Assembly (NCBI GenBank): GCA_963773945.1
Contig: CAVZDD010000005.1
Location: 908,163 to 972,162, forward strand
Source of the DNA: an uncultured Thermoplasmata archaeon
GTDB lineage: Archaea; Thermoplasmatota; Thermoplasmata; Lutacidiplasmatales; UBA184
Direction: 5' to 3'
DNA: 64,000 nucleotides
Shown piece by piece: positions 45,823 to 54,559 of this stretch. The notes under the pieces were generated by a model that did not search any database, had not been told where the DNA came from, and was given only the letters and a program-made list of their open reading frames with translations. Position numbers and translations under genes: made by a program. Numbering within the stretch: position 1 is the stretch's first letter; every line of letters starts with the position of its first letter.

Positions 45823-48549
45823 TCAGTACCACGATCTTTCGGTCGAGCTCCTCGAGTTCGGCCCGGATGGCGTCCTCGAGCCGGGTGTTGTCCCGGCTCG
45901 GTCCGCGACGTCGGTCAGGAGCGTTTCGAGGCGTTGCGTCAGCTCGGCATGTTCCCGGCCGAATCGTTCTTCGACGGCCATGGCCCGCAGGTCGATCAGG
46001 TGCTGAACGTCGGAGCGGAGACTCTCGGTGCTTCGCTGGAACTGGTCCTTGACGATGCGTTCGGTGGCGGCCACATCCGGCGCCTTGTTCAGCGAGGATT
46101 CCGTCTCCCCCTTGAGACGTGCCAGGAGCTCCAGGTACTTTTCGCGCTCCCGGTCCAGGCTCTCCCGGAGCTTCTGGTCGGAGGACCATTGAAGACGGAC
46201 CTGCAATTCGGCGACCGAGTGCATCTCGGAGTCGCGGAGTTCCTCCAGCTTGGCGTCGACCTTCCGGTCCCCGCGACCCTCGAGGACGCCGAGTTGCTCT
46301 TCGACGAGGCCGCTCGTGCGCGACTCGGCCTCCCGCAGGGCGGCGGCGACCTTCTCCTGGACCTCCCGGGCGCGGCCGTCGATCAGGAGGGACAGTCGGC
46401 GCTCGATCTCCTGGAGCTCTTTGGCTCGCCGTTGCTCGGCCTCGGTGATACGACTCTCCGCGGCGCCGCGGAGCTTCTGTTCGAGTTCCTTCCGCTGGGT
46501 CTCGTCCCGGTCCTGGGCCTCTCGCAAGTGGAGGTCGAGCTGGGCGACCAGCGCTCCTCGAAGATCCTCCTCGGAGGCCTGGGCCCGCGTCTTGACATCC
46601 GTCAGGGCCTGGGTCAACGAGTCGCGGAGCTCGGCTCGAATCTGCTCGGCCGACTGCTTGAGGGATTCCTCGCCCCGGGTCCGAAACTCCTGGATCTTCG
46701 GGTCGACGAGGTTGCGCACACCCTGGTCGAGTTCCTGGCTCACGATCGTGCGCAAGTCAGCCTGCACGCGTTCTTCGGTCTGGGTGATCCGCGTCGAAGC
46801 GTCCTGGCTCAGTCGAGCCTCCAGTTCCGCCGTACGGGCGAGCAGCCGGTCCGTGAGGGAACTCAGCGCTTGCTGTTGGAGCGCGGTCCACGTCGTGAAC
46901 CGTTGTTCCATGGAAGAACGGGCCTCCTTGAGCGCCTCGGCCTGGCGCGCCGCTTGGTCCGCCAGCGCCGGCTTGAGATGTTCCTGCACCGCCCCATCGA
47001 TACGGAGCGGGTCGATGGGCTCTGGAGGGCGAGGCGGAGGTATCGCCCGCATTCGCTGCTCGACGACGGTGTTGAAGCGTTCCGCGAGCTCGTCCTGGAA
47101 GGCCTTCGTCCACCCGGCCGGAGGAACGGGGTTGACGTTGGACAATCGCTCGTCGAGGTACCGCATCAGGTCGGCTTCGATCTGCCGACGTAGCGCTCCC
47201 TGATCGATGACGGGCCCGGGGGACGCCGGAGCGGTACCGGGTTCCGGGACTTTCTGAAGGGACGGGTCGTCCTTGACGGACATGGGGACCACCTCGACCT
47301 TGCTAGTGCGCTGGGTCGCCAGAGGACTCGTACCGCCGCGCTGGAGCCAGGGAGGAAGCTGTCCGGCCACCTGGGGGTCCGGCACCGGAACAGGGGGCGC
47401 CGGCGGAAGGTCCGAGGCCCGGATCTCCTCCGCGGGCTCCTCGCCGGCATGCGCCTGGAGGTACTCCTGAGCCCGGCGCGAGAGCTCGGGACTCAGCTCG
47501 AGCCGACGGCCCCGGGGTTTCTGCAAGAGGAGCGCGGTGCTCTCCATCGCGGTGGATAGGCGCCACATCTCCTTCCGACGGTCCTTGCCTCCTTGACGGT
47601 CCGGGTCCGCCAACCGCGCCCGGAGCGTTCGAAGCTCGACCCGGTCCACGCGCTCGGTGACCGGGGTCAGCTTCGCCGTCGACCGCTCACGCACGTACTG
47701 GACGACAAGGGGCGTGATCTCCTTGCCCTTACCGGCCGGGGACGGGATGCCGTCGGTCAGGTCGTAGAGGGTAACCGGCGCCTCTTCCCAGCTCTGCACC
47801 CGCTTCCGGTGACGTTCCCCGCCCGATTCCCCGCGCGGGACGCGCAGGACCGCGAGAGAGAGCGGCGTGGCCTCGGCGAAGTCGGCGAGGTTGGTCTTGG
47901 GCTCCGGTAGGAAATAGGGGAACGCGAGGATGGCCCCCAAGGACAACAGCGAGGCCGGGAGCGTACGAACGTACTCGAAGATCGTCTCCATCGTAGCTTC
48001 CCATTCCTCCGCCGCGATCAGGAGGACGGGCTCGGTCGAGCCCCGGAAGAACAGGAATCCCTCTCCGACCAGTGGGTAGAGCTTGAGGTCGGCGGGTGGC
48101 GGAGGCCGTTGATCGTGTCGGCCGCCGCCCATCGATTCGTACCACTTGAGCAGGGTCTCGCCGAAATTGCCGCTGGCCAGCAGGCGGCCCGTATCGAGGA
48201 CGAGCGTCTTCATGCCGAGACGCGGCCGGTCCTCCGTGGACAGGAACATGCGGCCGAGGCAGGTGTAGGACCCGCCGTACGCCGGATAGAGGAACAGGTT
48301 CCGATAGTACGACAGGGGGAGGGCAGGGTCGGGGTCCCAGTAGTCCTGGGTGTCCGCGACGTTGACGGCGAGGTTGCCGACGATGCGGATTGCGTCGAGC
48401 GTTTCCTGGTACCCCGGGAAATCGTTCGGAAGGGCGGTGTAGCCCGGACTCTCGGCTTCGTTATCGACCTGCCGGCACCAGACCACGGCGATGGGTTCGG
48501 TGGCTCCGCCAGAGGTCGCGTCGGCGGCCTTGGGGCCCGGGGTTGCCAT
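45823..48549 (-). CDS. Giant hypothetical protein: ~330-aa N-terminal alpha/beta domain, Pro-rich linker, >500-aa continuous coiled-coil; last gene of the vWA operon. Probably continues to ~45365 after a 1-nt frameshift at 45892..45896.
   Basis: Start ATG 48549..48547 overlaps the upstream stop (TAATG). Heptad-rich E/R/L/Q/A sequence from ~residue 520 to the end. The coiled-coil continues in frame +1 (DNTRLEDAIRAELEELDRKIVVLTDRLVPVV..., track ORF 45365..46189). Confidence 0.6.
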   Translation of the reverse strand: MATPGPKAADATSGGATEPIAVVWCRQVDNEAESPGYTALPNDFPGYQETLDAIRIVGNLAVNVADTQDYWDPDPALPLSYYRNLFLYPAYGGSYTCLGRMFLSTEDRPRLGMKTLVLDTGRLLASGNFGETLLKWYESMGGGRHDQRPPPPADLKLYPLVGEGFLFFRGSTEPVLLIAAEEWEATMETIFEYVRTLPASLLSLGAILAFPYFLPEPKTNLADFAEATPLSLAVLRVPRGESGGERHRKRVQSWEEAPVTLYDLTDGIPSPAGKGKEITPLVVQYVRERSTAKLTPVTERVDRVELRTLRARLADPDRQGGKDRRKEMWRLSTAMESTALLLQKPRGRRLELSPELSRRAQEYLQAHAGEEPAEEIRASDLPPAPPVPVPDPQVAGQLPPWLQRGGTSPLATQRTSKVEVVPMSVKDDPSLQKVPEPGTAPASPGPVIDQGALRRQIEADLMRYLDERLSNVNPVPPAGWTKAFQDELAERFNTVVEQRMRAIPPPRPPEPIDPLRIDGAVQEHLKPALADQAARQAEALKEARSSMEQRFTTWTALQQQALSSLTDRLLARTAELEARLSQDASTRITQTEERVQADLRTIVSQELDQGVRNLVDPKIQEFRTRGEESLKQSAEQIRAELRDSLTQALTDVKTRAQASEEDLRGALVAQLDLHLREAQDRDETQRKELEQKLRGAAESRITEAEQRRAKELQEIERRLSLLIDGRAREVQEKVAAALREAESRTSGLVEEQLGVLEGRGDRKVDAKLEELRDSEMHSVAELQVRLQWSSDQKLRESLDREREKYLELLARLKGETESSLNKAPDVAATERIVKDQFQRSTESLRSDVQHLIDLRAMAVEERFGREHAELTQRLETLLTDVADRAGTTPGSRTPSGPNSRSSTERSWY

Positions 48550-49250
48550 TACTTGTCTCCGGCCGGCTCCTTGGCGAGCACGCGCTCGCAGATCCGGGCG
48601 AGAGGTAACGGAGTGTTCACCATGACCGGGATACCGGCGCCCGAGGAACCGCCGGGCATGCCCTCCACCGGGGCCGCTTCGGCCGTGCCGGAATCGGTCC
48701 AGAGCAGCGGTCGGCCCTCCCCGGTGGAGACGGCCGAGGAGACCAGGAAGACATCGTCCTTCGTGGAGATCCCCTGCCCGTCGTGGGCAACGAGAATCGT
48801 ACCCATACCGGCCCCGTCGCGGCGGAGCAGGAACTCCTGGGAGTCGAAGGTGCTCTGATAGGCCCTGTCCTTGAGGACATGGTCGATCTCGCCATAGAAA
48901 TCTTTGAGAAGATCCGCCTTCGAGATCGCGATCACGAGCGGGATGTTCCGGGCCTTGACGTACCGGAAGACGCCCCGGGCGAGGTTGACCTGCTGCGCCT
49001 GGTCGCGGAGCGAGGGCAGCGACGGCGACAGCAGGAGGATGATTCCATCGGCTTCCACAACGAACCGGCCGAGCAGGGTCAGTCCTCGACGCCAGAGCTC
49101 TTGCCGGTCCGGTCGCCAGGTCTCGAAGTGGGGGATCACCCGACACATCTTGTCGTCGATCTGGCCGTCGGCGGAGGTGAGCCAGAGCCGGTCGTAGGTG
49201 AAGTAATCCGAAATGATCCCGCCGGCCTCGTCGATCGTGTGCATCATCAT
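48549..49250 (-). CDS. Hypothetical protein with GTPase-like G3/G4 motifs (HTIDEAGG, EADGIILLL, ISKAD); third gene of the vWA operon
   Basis: Start is a triple ATG (MMMHTIDEAGG) overlapping the P-loop gene stop (ATGA). Internal ATG of track ORF 48549..49805; the upstream part of that ORF is the out-of-frame shadow of 49247..49738. Confidence 0.5.
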   Translation of the reverse strand: MMMHTIDEAGGIISDYFTYDRLWLTSADGQIDDKMCRVIPHFETWRPDRQELWRRGLTLLGRFVVEADGIILLLSPSLPSLRDQAQQVNLARGVFRYVKARNIPLVIAISKADLLKDFYGEIDHVLKDRAYQSTFDSQEFLLRRDGAGMGTILVAHDGQGISTKDDVFLVSSAVSTGEGRPLLWTDSGTAEAAPVEGMPGGSSGAGIPVMVNTPLPLARICERVLAKEPAGDK

Positions 49251-49738
49251 CGGCCGGGAACCGGGGCCCCCGGGTCCTTGCTGCCGTATCGGAAGCGCAT
49301 TTTCATCTCGACGAACTGGTTGAATTTCGTCGGTAGCGGATACTTGGTGAGGACGCCCTGCTCGTCGCGGGAGGCGGCCAGCTCGACCCAGAGCTTCTTC
49401 GGGTCCTCCATCGCCCGGTTGACGTAGTAGCGGGTCGTGGCCTCGAGGCTCCCCTCGGGATCCGTGGGGTCGGTGGTCTCGTAGGTTGTCTCCTCCAGGA
49501 TCACGTCCGAGTCGAGGTCGCCGTAGATCGGCATCGAGTTCGAGTCGGCGCGGGCCGGCACGTAGGTGATCGGAAGATTCAGTCCGAAATGGCCGGAGAG
49601 GAACCGGAAGTAGGTCGTCTTGCCCGACGCCGGGATCCCGACCACGGCGATCCGGGCAGCGGCGGCCGACGGCCCGGTCTCGTCCGACTTGCGCGGCGCG
49701 CGCTTGACCTTCGTCTTGGGGGTGGTCTTGACCGTCAT
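49247..49738 (-). CDS. Small P-loop NTPase (163 aa) with a Lys-rich N-terminal tail
   Basis: Walker A IAVVGIPASGKTTY; N-terminal MTVKTTPKTKVKRAPRK. Confidence 0.6.
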   Translation of the reverse strand: MTVKTTPKTKVKRAPRKSDETGPSAAAARIAVVGIPASGKTTYFRFLSGHFGLNLPITYVPARADSNSMPIYGDLDSDVILEETTYETTDPTDPEGSLEATTRYYVNRAMEDPKKLWVELAASRDEQGVLTKYPLPTKFNQFVEMKMRFRYGSKDPGAPVPGR

Positions 49739-49761
49739 CGTTTACGTCCCCCCGAAGCCCC

Positions 49762-51468
49762 TCAACGCATCTCCGCGAGGCATATCTCCATAAAATCCAG
49801 CGCACCGTCGGCGATAGGGTCCCGTTGCGTGTTATTGAGACGTATATCCTGCAATAGCCCGAAGATCTCCTCGACGGAGTTCTCGTGCTGGATGGCGCCC
49901 TCCATCAGGGACTGGTCGTTGCCCCCGACCCGGGCGAGCTGGTAGGTCGTTCGGAGTTCGAGGAGCTTTTCGAAAATGGTCTCCAGCTGATGGCCGAGTT
50001 CCGGTTCCTTGCGCTCCAGACGGTGCTGGGTGTCGTCCATGAACCGGACAAGGGTCTCGGTTTCGGAATCGTTCTGGATCCGGCTCTGGAGGAGGGCGAG
50101 GCGACGGCTGATGCGTCCCCGGGAGTCGGCAGGCAATCGGTCGGCCTCGACCCAGGCATGCAAGAGGGACCGAGCGGCCTCGACCACCTCCCCGCGAGCG
50201 TAGTGGATCCGGGCCTCCCAGTAGAACCGGGTCAACGCGGGCAGGAGCGCCTGCGCACGGAACAGGCGGTTCATCGCGGTCGCGTAGTCGCGCGCGACGA
50301 ATGCCTCGACCACTTCGCCCAAGGGGCCGTACCGTTCCTTGAGATGCGGCGGCAGGGTGCCACCCTGAAGTTCCAGGACGTCGACTTCGGAGGGTAACGG
50401 GCCGGTCCCGGCGTCGGAGGACGGCGGGGGGAGATCCTTCCGGTTCTTGAGTTGGGTCAACGTGGCGTGTTCGCCGGGCGCCTTGAGAGCCTTCGCGGCC
50501 CGGGCGGCGTGTTCCGCCAGCTCCTCAGGATGCAGCTCCTCGAAGGGGCGGGTCCCCTCGTAATCGACGTCGATGAAGGAGTTCACCATTTGGGAGAACA
50601 GGTCGGTGCTCGTGGCGACTTCCTGGTACGTTACTTCGGAGGCGATGCCGGCAGCCTGGGCCCGGCCCCGAAGCTGTTCCACGAGGCCGTTCATCTGCCC
50701 CGAATCGACGCCCTTGTCCCGTTCGGAACCGCTGCCAATCCCGATGATCCGGAGCGTGAGCTGCGAAGAGTTGGGGAGAACGTGAGGCACGAGGTCGATC
50801 CGACGGCTCATCTCGGGCGTGAGCGGTTCGGAAGCGGGGGCCCGGAAGCGGCTCGAGGCGTTGTCCCACCCATCCGTGACCAGGACGAGAGTACCGACAA
50901 CCTCGCCCGACGGCTTGCGGAGCAGGTCCGCTCCGAGTGCGATCCCATCCCAAATCGCGGATCGACCCGAGGGAGCCAGCATCGAGATGAGACTCTCGAT
51001 GTACGGTAAGTTCTCGTGGCGGATTTCGGTGAGCGGCACCGCGACCCGGGCGCTGTCCGTGAACGTCACGAGTCCGAAGAATGCGCCCGTCGCCTCTGCG
51101 TTCTCGAGAATGCGGTACACCGCGGTTCGAGCCACCTCGATCTTCCGACGCTCGCCTTGGATGCCAGAGGGGTCCGGCAACGGAGCGAGCATGCTCTTGG
51201 AAAGGTCGAGCACGAGCACGTGCCGGGGCCGGACCACCGGCACTGGAGGAGTCTGAAGATCGTCTGCGATCATAAGGGGTTGACCTACGAGAAGTCGACG
51301 GCGGCCCGTCGGCGCGTCTCGCTGCTCCCGGTCACCTCTCGTTTTAGGGTCCGAAAGGTATATGGTCCTTGTCCCAGCGGCGGCGTTCGGAATCTGCCCC
51401 TGGCTCGGCGGTAGCAGGCCCCACACGCCGGCGCCGTCCGGCCGCAGATAGGGCTTTAAGGAGGACAC
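49762..51468 (-). CDS. von Willebrand factor A (vWA) domain protein with a C-terminal alpha-helical (TPR-like) region; first gene of the operon
   Basis: MIDAS motif VLVLDLSKSM (DxSxS), downstream T (VTFTDSARV) and D (LVLVTDGWDN) MIDAS residues; C-terminal 250 aa helical (WEARIHYARGEVVEAARSLLHAW...). Confidence 0.75.
   Translation of the reverse strand: MSSLKPYLRPDGAGVWGLLPPSQGQIPNAAAGTRTIYLSDPKTRGDREQRDAPTGRRRLLVGQPLMIADDLQTPPVPVVRPRHVLVLDLSKSMLAPLPDPSGIQGERRKIEVARTAVYRILENAEATGAFFGLVTFTDSARVAVPLTEIRHENLPYIESLISMLAPSGRSAIWDGIALGADLLRKPSGEVVGTLVLVTDGWDNASSRFRAPASEPLTPEMSRRIDLVPHVLPNSSQLTLRIIGIGSGSERDKGVDSGQMNGLVEQLRGRAQAAGIASEVTYQEVATSTDLFSQMVNSFIDVDYEGTRPFEELHPEELAEHAARAAKALKAPGEHATLTQLKNRKDLPPPSSDAGTGPLPSEVDVLELQGGTLPPHLKERYGPLGEVVEAFVARDYATAMNRLFRAQALLPALTRFYWEARIHYARGEVVEAARSLLHAWVEADRLPADSRGRISRRLALLQSRIQNDSETETLVRFMDDTQHRLERKEPELGHQLETIFEKLLELRTTYQLARVGGNDQSLMEGAIQHENSVEEIFGLLQDIRLNNTQRDPIADGALDFMEICLAEMR
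51454..51461 (+). promoter_or_regulatory. TATA-like element (CTTTAAGG) ~29 bp upstream of the S17e ATG (leaderless), in the divergent region shared with the vWA operon
   Basis: gggCTTTAAGGagg. Confidence 0.35.
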
Positions 51469-51485
51469 GGGTCGGCGCGCCGCGC

Positions 51486-51710
51486 ATGGGCAGCATTCGG
51501 CAGACGTACATCAAGCGGGTCGCGATCGATCTGATTCGGCACTACCCCGAATCCTTCAACGGCGACTTCGCCCACAACAAGGAGAAGGTCCTCGAGTTGA
51601 CCGACCTCCGCGTAGACGTCAATGGGACCCCGACGGTCGTCTACAAGAAACTCGCGAACCGCATCGCGGGCTATGCCACGCGGTACGTCAAGCGCCGGCG
51701 CGCCACGTAG
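51486..51710 (+). CDS. rps17e: 30S ribosomal protein S17e
   Basis: MGSIRQTYIKRVAIDLIRHYPESFNGDFAHNKEKVLELT...NRIAGYATRYVKRR, near-canonical S17e; internal ATG of ORF 51369..51710. Confidence 0.9.
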   Translation: MGSIRQTYIKRVAIDLIRHYPESFNGDFAHNKEKVLELTDLRVDVNGTPTVVYKKLANRIAGYATRYVKRRRAT

Positions 51711-52097
51711 AAGGAGCGCGCGCGCGCGTGCCCGGTCTCTCTTCTCCTACGCTCGTTGATTTTCTTGAGGCCGAGCGCGAGCGCCGGGGCTGGGTGGGTC
51801 AGGTCCGTCGTCTTCGCGGAGCCCGTCTCCTGACCAACGCCCGCTATCGGAGGCTCATGTGGGCCAACCAGATACTCGTGGGCACGACGGAACCCCCCGT
51901 CGACTGGCAGGAAATTCAGGCGCAGGCCGAGCCAACGTTCCGATCGCTGGGCGTGAAAGGTCGTCGCGTCATGCTCTTTGGGGACGAGGTCCGGCGCCGG
52001 CTCGGAAGGGCCCTTGTCCGTCGACGGGTTCCGGGAGCGGACCATCTGGCTCCTGGCCTTCCGCGGCCTGACCTCCGCCCAGCCGAATCCCCGGGTG

Positions 52098-52523
52098 ATG
52101 ATCCGTCTCGTGGACCCGTTCCTCCGACCGGCCTGGTTCACGCTCTCCTACCGGGTCGAACAGGAGACCGCCCGACCCGGCGAATCCGTGTCGGACTGGG
52201 CGAGCTTCTACTCGAGCTTAGCGGAACGACCGGCCCACCGGACCTATGCGGGTTTTCTGGGCGATACCATGGTGGGTTCGGTGGACCTCGCGAAGATCGG
52301 CTCTCTCGCCTCGATCGATCACGTCCAGACGGCGCCCGAGTGGAGAGGCCAAGGCGTCGCGACGACGCTGGTGCTCCGGGCCACCGACGAGGCCGTGCGG
52401 GACGGGGCCCGGGGCATCCAACTGACCACGCACTCCCCAGCCCTCACCGAGCAGCTCTACCGTCCCTGCGGCTTCGAGACCATCAGTCGGTTGTCCATTT
52501 TCGAACGGGGGATCTCCGAGTGA
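52098..52523 (+). CDS. GNAT family N-acetyltransferase; a possible ~120-aa N-terminal extension (51728..~51980) is in another frame
   Basis: Acetyl-CoA site VQTAPEWRGQGVATTLV (Q/R-x-x-G-x-G/A) and the beta4-alpha3 region; the core domain starts at MIRLVDP. Confidence 0.7.
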   Translation: MIRLVDPFLRPAWFTLSYRVEQETARPGESVSDWASFYSSLAERPAHRTYAGFLGDTMVGSVDLAKIGSLASIDHVQTAPEWRGQGVATTLVLRATDEAVRDGARGIQLTTHSPALTEQLYRPCGFETISRLSIFERGISE

Positions 52524-52532
52524 CCCCGGGAC

Positions 52533-53198
52533 CTACTCCAGGATCTGGAAGCCTTCCTGGAGATGGACGAACTCAACCGGTGTCGTGAGCGCGCCGGCGA
52601 GAATTCCGCGAGTGTTGGCGGTCACGCAAGCGCCGACGATCGGAACACCGAAATTCGCCGTGGAACGGTGGACCGGCACTTGAAGGGTGTCGCGCAGCAC
52701 GCCCGCCTCGGCTTCGGTAGCGCGGGGATGGACCACGACGCCCTTGTTCGTCGCCACTGCGGCCATTCCGACCGTGCCCAGCCCAGCGACGGTACCCCGG
52801 GCGACCCGGACTCGCAACGCTTCGCCGATTCGGGCGGCGGCGGATTCGGAGAGGCCCGGATGGACCAGCGCACCTAGGTCGTTCGCGAGGACGTTGTTGC
52901 CGAGGGCATTCTGCAGGGTGGGCACAACGGTCAGGGGGCCCATCGAGGCGAGGTGGTGGCGTTCGCGGGCTCCCGGTTCTTCCGCTACGATCGCGCCGGA
53001 CGAATTGAGGGCGAGGAGAGAGCCCACGAGCTCCGAGTCGAGGACCGTCGTCCGGATCACGGGCGCGCCGAACAGGCGTTCGATTTCGTGGCCGAGCGCG
53101 TCGGGCAGAGACGGGGGCGCGACGACGCCGCGTTCGGACACCCGGAGATAGACCCCGAGGTAGGGACTTCCCGCGATCGATGCACGGTTGACCGGCAC
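52533..53198 (-). CDS. eif6: Translation initiation factor 6 (aIF6)
   Basis: Five-fold pseudo-repeat with NRASIAGSPYLGVY at the N-terminus and a full-length eIF6 fold; start assigned to an in-frame GTG. Confidence 0.85.
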   Translation of the reverse strand: MPVNRASIAGSPYLGVYLRVSERGVVAPPSLPDALGHEIERLFGAPVIRTTVLDSELVGSLLALNSSGAIVAEEPGARERHHLASMGPLTVVPTLQNALGNNVLANDLGALVHPGLSESAAARIGEALRVRVARGTVAGLGTVGMAAVATNKGVVVHPRATEAEAGVLRDTLQVPVHRSTANFGVPIVGACVTANTRGILAGALTTPVEFVHLQEGFQILE

Positions 53199-53220
53199 TC
53201 CGTCGCTCCGAGCCGGCGGC

Positions 53221-53517
53221 CTACGTTTCCTCGGCGAGGTCGACTTCAATCAGGCCATCTTCGAACCGGATCGCCTTCACGCGGATCTTCGACGGGATGT
53301 GCGCCGCGCCGTGTTGCCAGATGAACACGTTGAGCCGGGGATCGATCCAGATGTTCTCGGGGGTGCCGTGCATATGGCGGACCATGAACCGGCGCACGGT
53401 CTCCAGAGCGTGCCCGGCCCGCCGGTGGCGAGCGGGGCGGTGCTTGCTCGCCCGGAGCGGGACAACGAACTCGCGTTCGAGTTCTTCGGTGCGCGTGCGA
53501 TCGGGGGTGCGAGCCAT
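53221..53517 (-). CDS. rpl31e: 50S ribosomal protein L31e
   Basis: REFVVPLR...RRAGHALETVRRFMVRHMH...IWIDPRLNVFIWQHG...KIRVKAIRFEDGLIEVDL. Confidence 0.85.
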   Translation of the reverse strand: MARTPDRTRTEELEREFVVPLRASKHRPARHRRAGHALETVRRFMVRHMHGTPENIWIDPRLNVFIWQHGAAHIPSKIRVKAIRFEDGLIEVDLAEET

Positions 53518-53527
53518 CGTTCAACTC

Positions 53528-53686
53528 CTACGGCTGCAGGTGGCCCCGCTTCCAGGTACGTCGCTTGGGGTGACGAGTGACGTGACGGTTCGTCCGTTGC
53601 ATGACCCAGGCCGGAACCCGCCGGTTGCTTTTGACCTTGCGGAACATGCGGGTCTTACGCGCCAAGCTCTTGCGACGTGTTGCCAT
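53528..53686 (-). CDS. rpl39e: 50S ribosomal protein L39e
   Basis: [52 protein letters not shown]; internal ATG of ORF 53528..53782. Confidence 0.85.
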   Translation of the reverse strand: MATRRKSLARKTRMFRKVKSNRRVPAWVMQRTNRHVTRHPKRRTWKRGHLQP

Positions 53687-53708
53687 CGATGTGCCTTCCG
53701 ATCCTCGT

Positions 53709-54071
53709 TCAACGGCGGGTGATGTGAATCTCCCGCTTTTCCGGCATGATGCGCTCCAAGAGGGCGCGCAGAGTCTCATCATCGATTTGCCGTTGGAGTC
53801 GGCCCGACGCGGCGAGGGACATGATCTGCTGCTCGATCGAAGCGGCGACGTCCGGTTTCGCGAGACGGATCCGGGCCAGTCGTTCCCGGGCCTCCGGCGT
53901 CAGAAGTCGACGCATGACCTCGAATCGTTCCGCCTCTCTCCGCTGCGCCTCCGCGTTCTGCTGGGCGACCGCCATCGGGTCCGGACCTGCTCCGCGGGCC
54001 TGCATCTCTTGGAGTTCGCGAACGCGTCGTTGCCGCAGCGCGGTAAGCTCGGGGTCCTCCTGATACGCCAT
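53709..54071 (-). CDS. PDCD5/TFAR19-like dsDNA-binding protein (MTH1615 family)
   Basis: ...[40 protein letters not shown]...LRALLERI; its conserved position between S19e and L39e. Confidence 0.75.
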   Translation of the reverse strand: MAYQEDPELTALRQRRVRELQEMQARGAGPDPMAVAQQNAEAQRREAERFEVMRRLLTPEARERLARIRLAKPDVAASIEQQIMSLAASGRLQRQIDDETLRALLERIMPEKREIHITRR

Positions 54072-54103
54072 CGCTCTTCCGTCGTGGGTCAGTTAGGTAC
54101 GTC

Positions 54104-54559
54104 TCACAGATACTTGGCGAGTCGGGTGTCCGTCGCCGCCAGTCCTTTCAGCAATTCCTTGGCCAGTTGGTCGAGCAGCCGGTGACCGTCGGGAGTGAGG
54201 ATCCTCCCACCATTCTTCTGCTTGCGGACGAGGCCCGCGCTCTCGAGCTGCTGGAGAATCTCGCGAATGATCGATCGGGAGCCGCTTCGCGCGTGGTAAG
54301 GCGCCGATCCTCGGTCCCGGCTCCCTCCGTATTCCGAGGACAGACGTTGAACCCCGCGGGCCCCTCGGATGTACAACTTCCGCAAAACCGAAGCGCTCCG
54401 CAAGTACCACCAACCGGTCTGGTAGGGTGCGCTTTGAGTGTGGACCCCCGTGCGGGCGAAGGCGGCCCACTCGGGCGGCCGGACCGCCTTTCGGCTCTCG
54501 AGCTCGTGAGCCAGCCGGGGAAGCAGCAGAGAGGTCGGAACGTCCGTGGGATGAGCCAT
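54104..54559 (-). CDS. rps19e: 30S ribosomal protein S19e
   Basis: PPEWAAFARTGVHTQSAPYQTGWWYLRSASVLRKLYIRG...HARSGSRSIIREILQQLESAGLV; internal ATG (MAHPTDVP) of ORF 54104..54616. Confidence 0.85.
   Translation of the reverse strand: MAHPTDVPTSLLLPRLAHELESRKAVRPPEWAAFARTGVHTQSAPYQTGWWYLRSASVLRKLYIRGARGVQRLSSEYGGSRDRGSAPYHARSGSRSIIREILQQLESAGLVRKQKNGGRILTPDGHRLLDQLAKELLKGLAATDTRLAKYL

Noticed and set aside
49247-49805. Track ORF 48549..49805 as a single 418-aa gene
   Set aside because: Its N-terminal 185 residues are the out-of-frame shadow of the P-loop gene (49247..49738, Walker A present). The real gene starts at the triple ATG at 49250.
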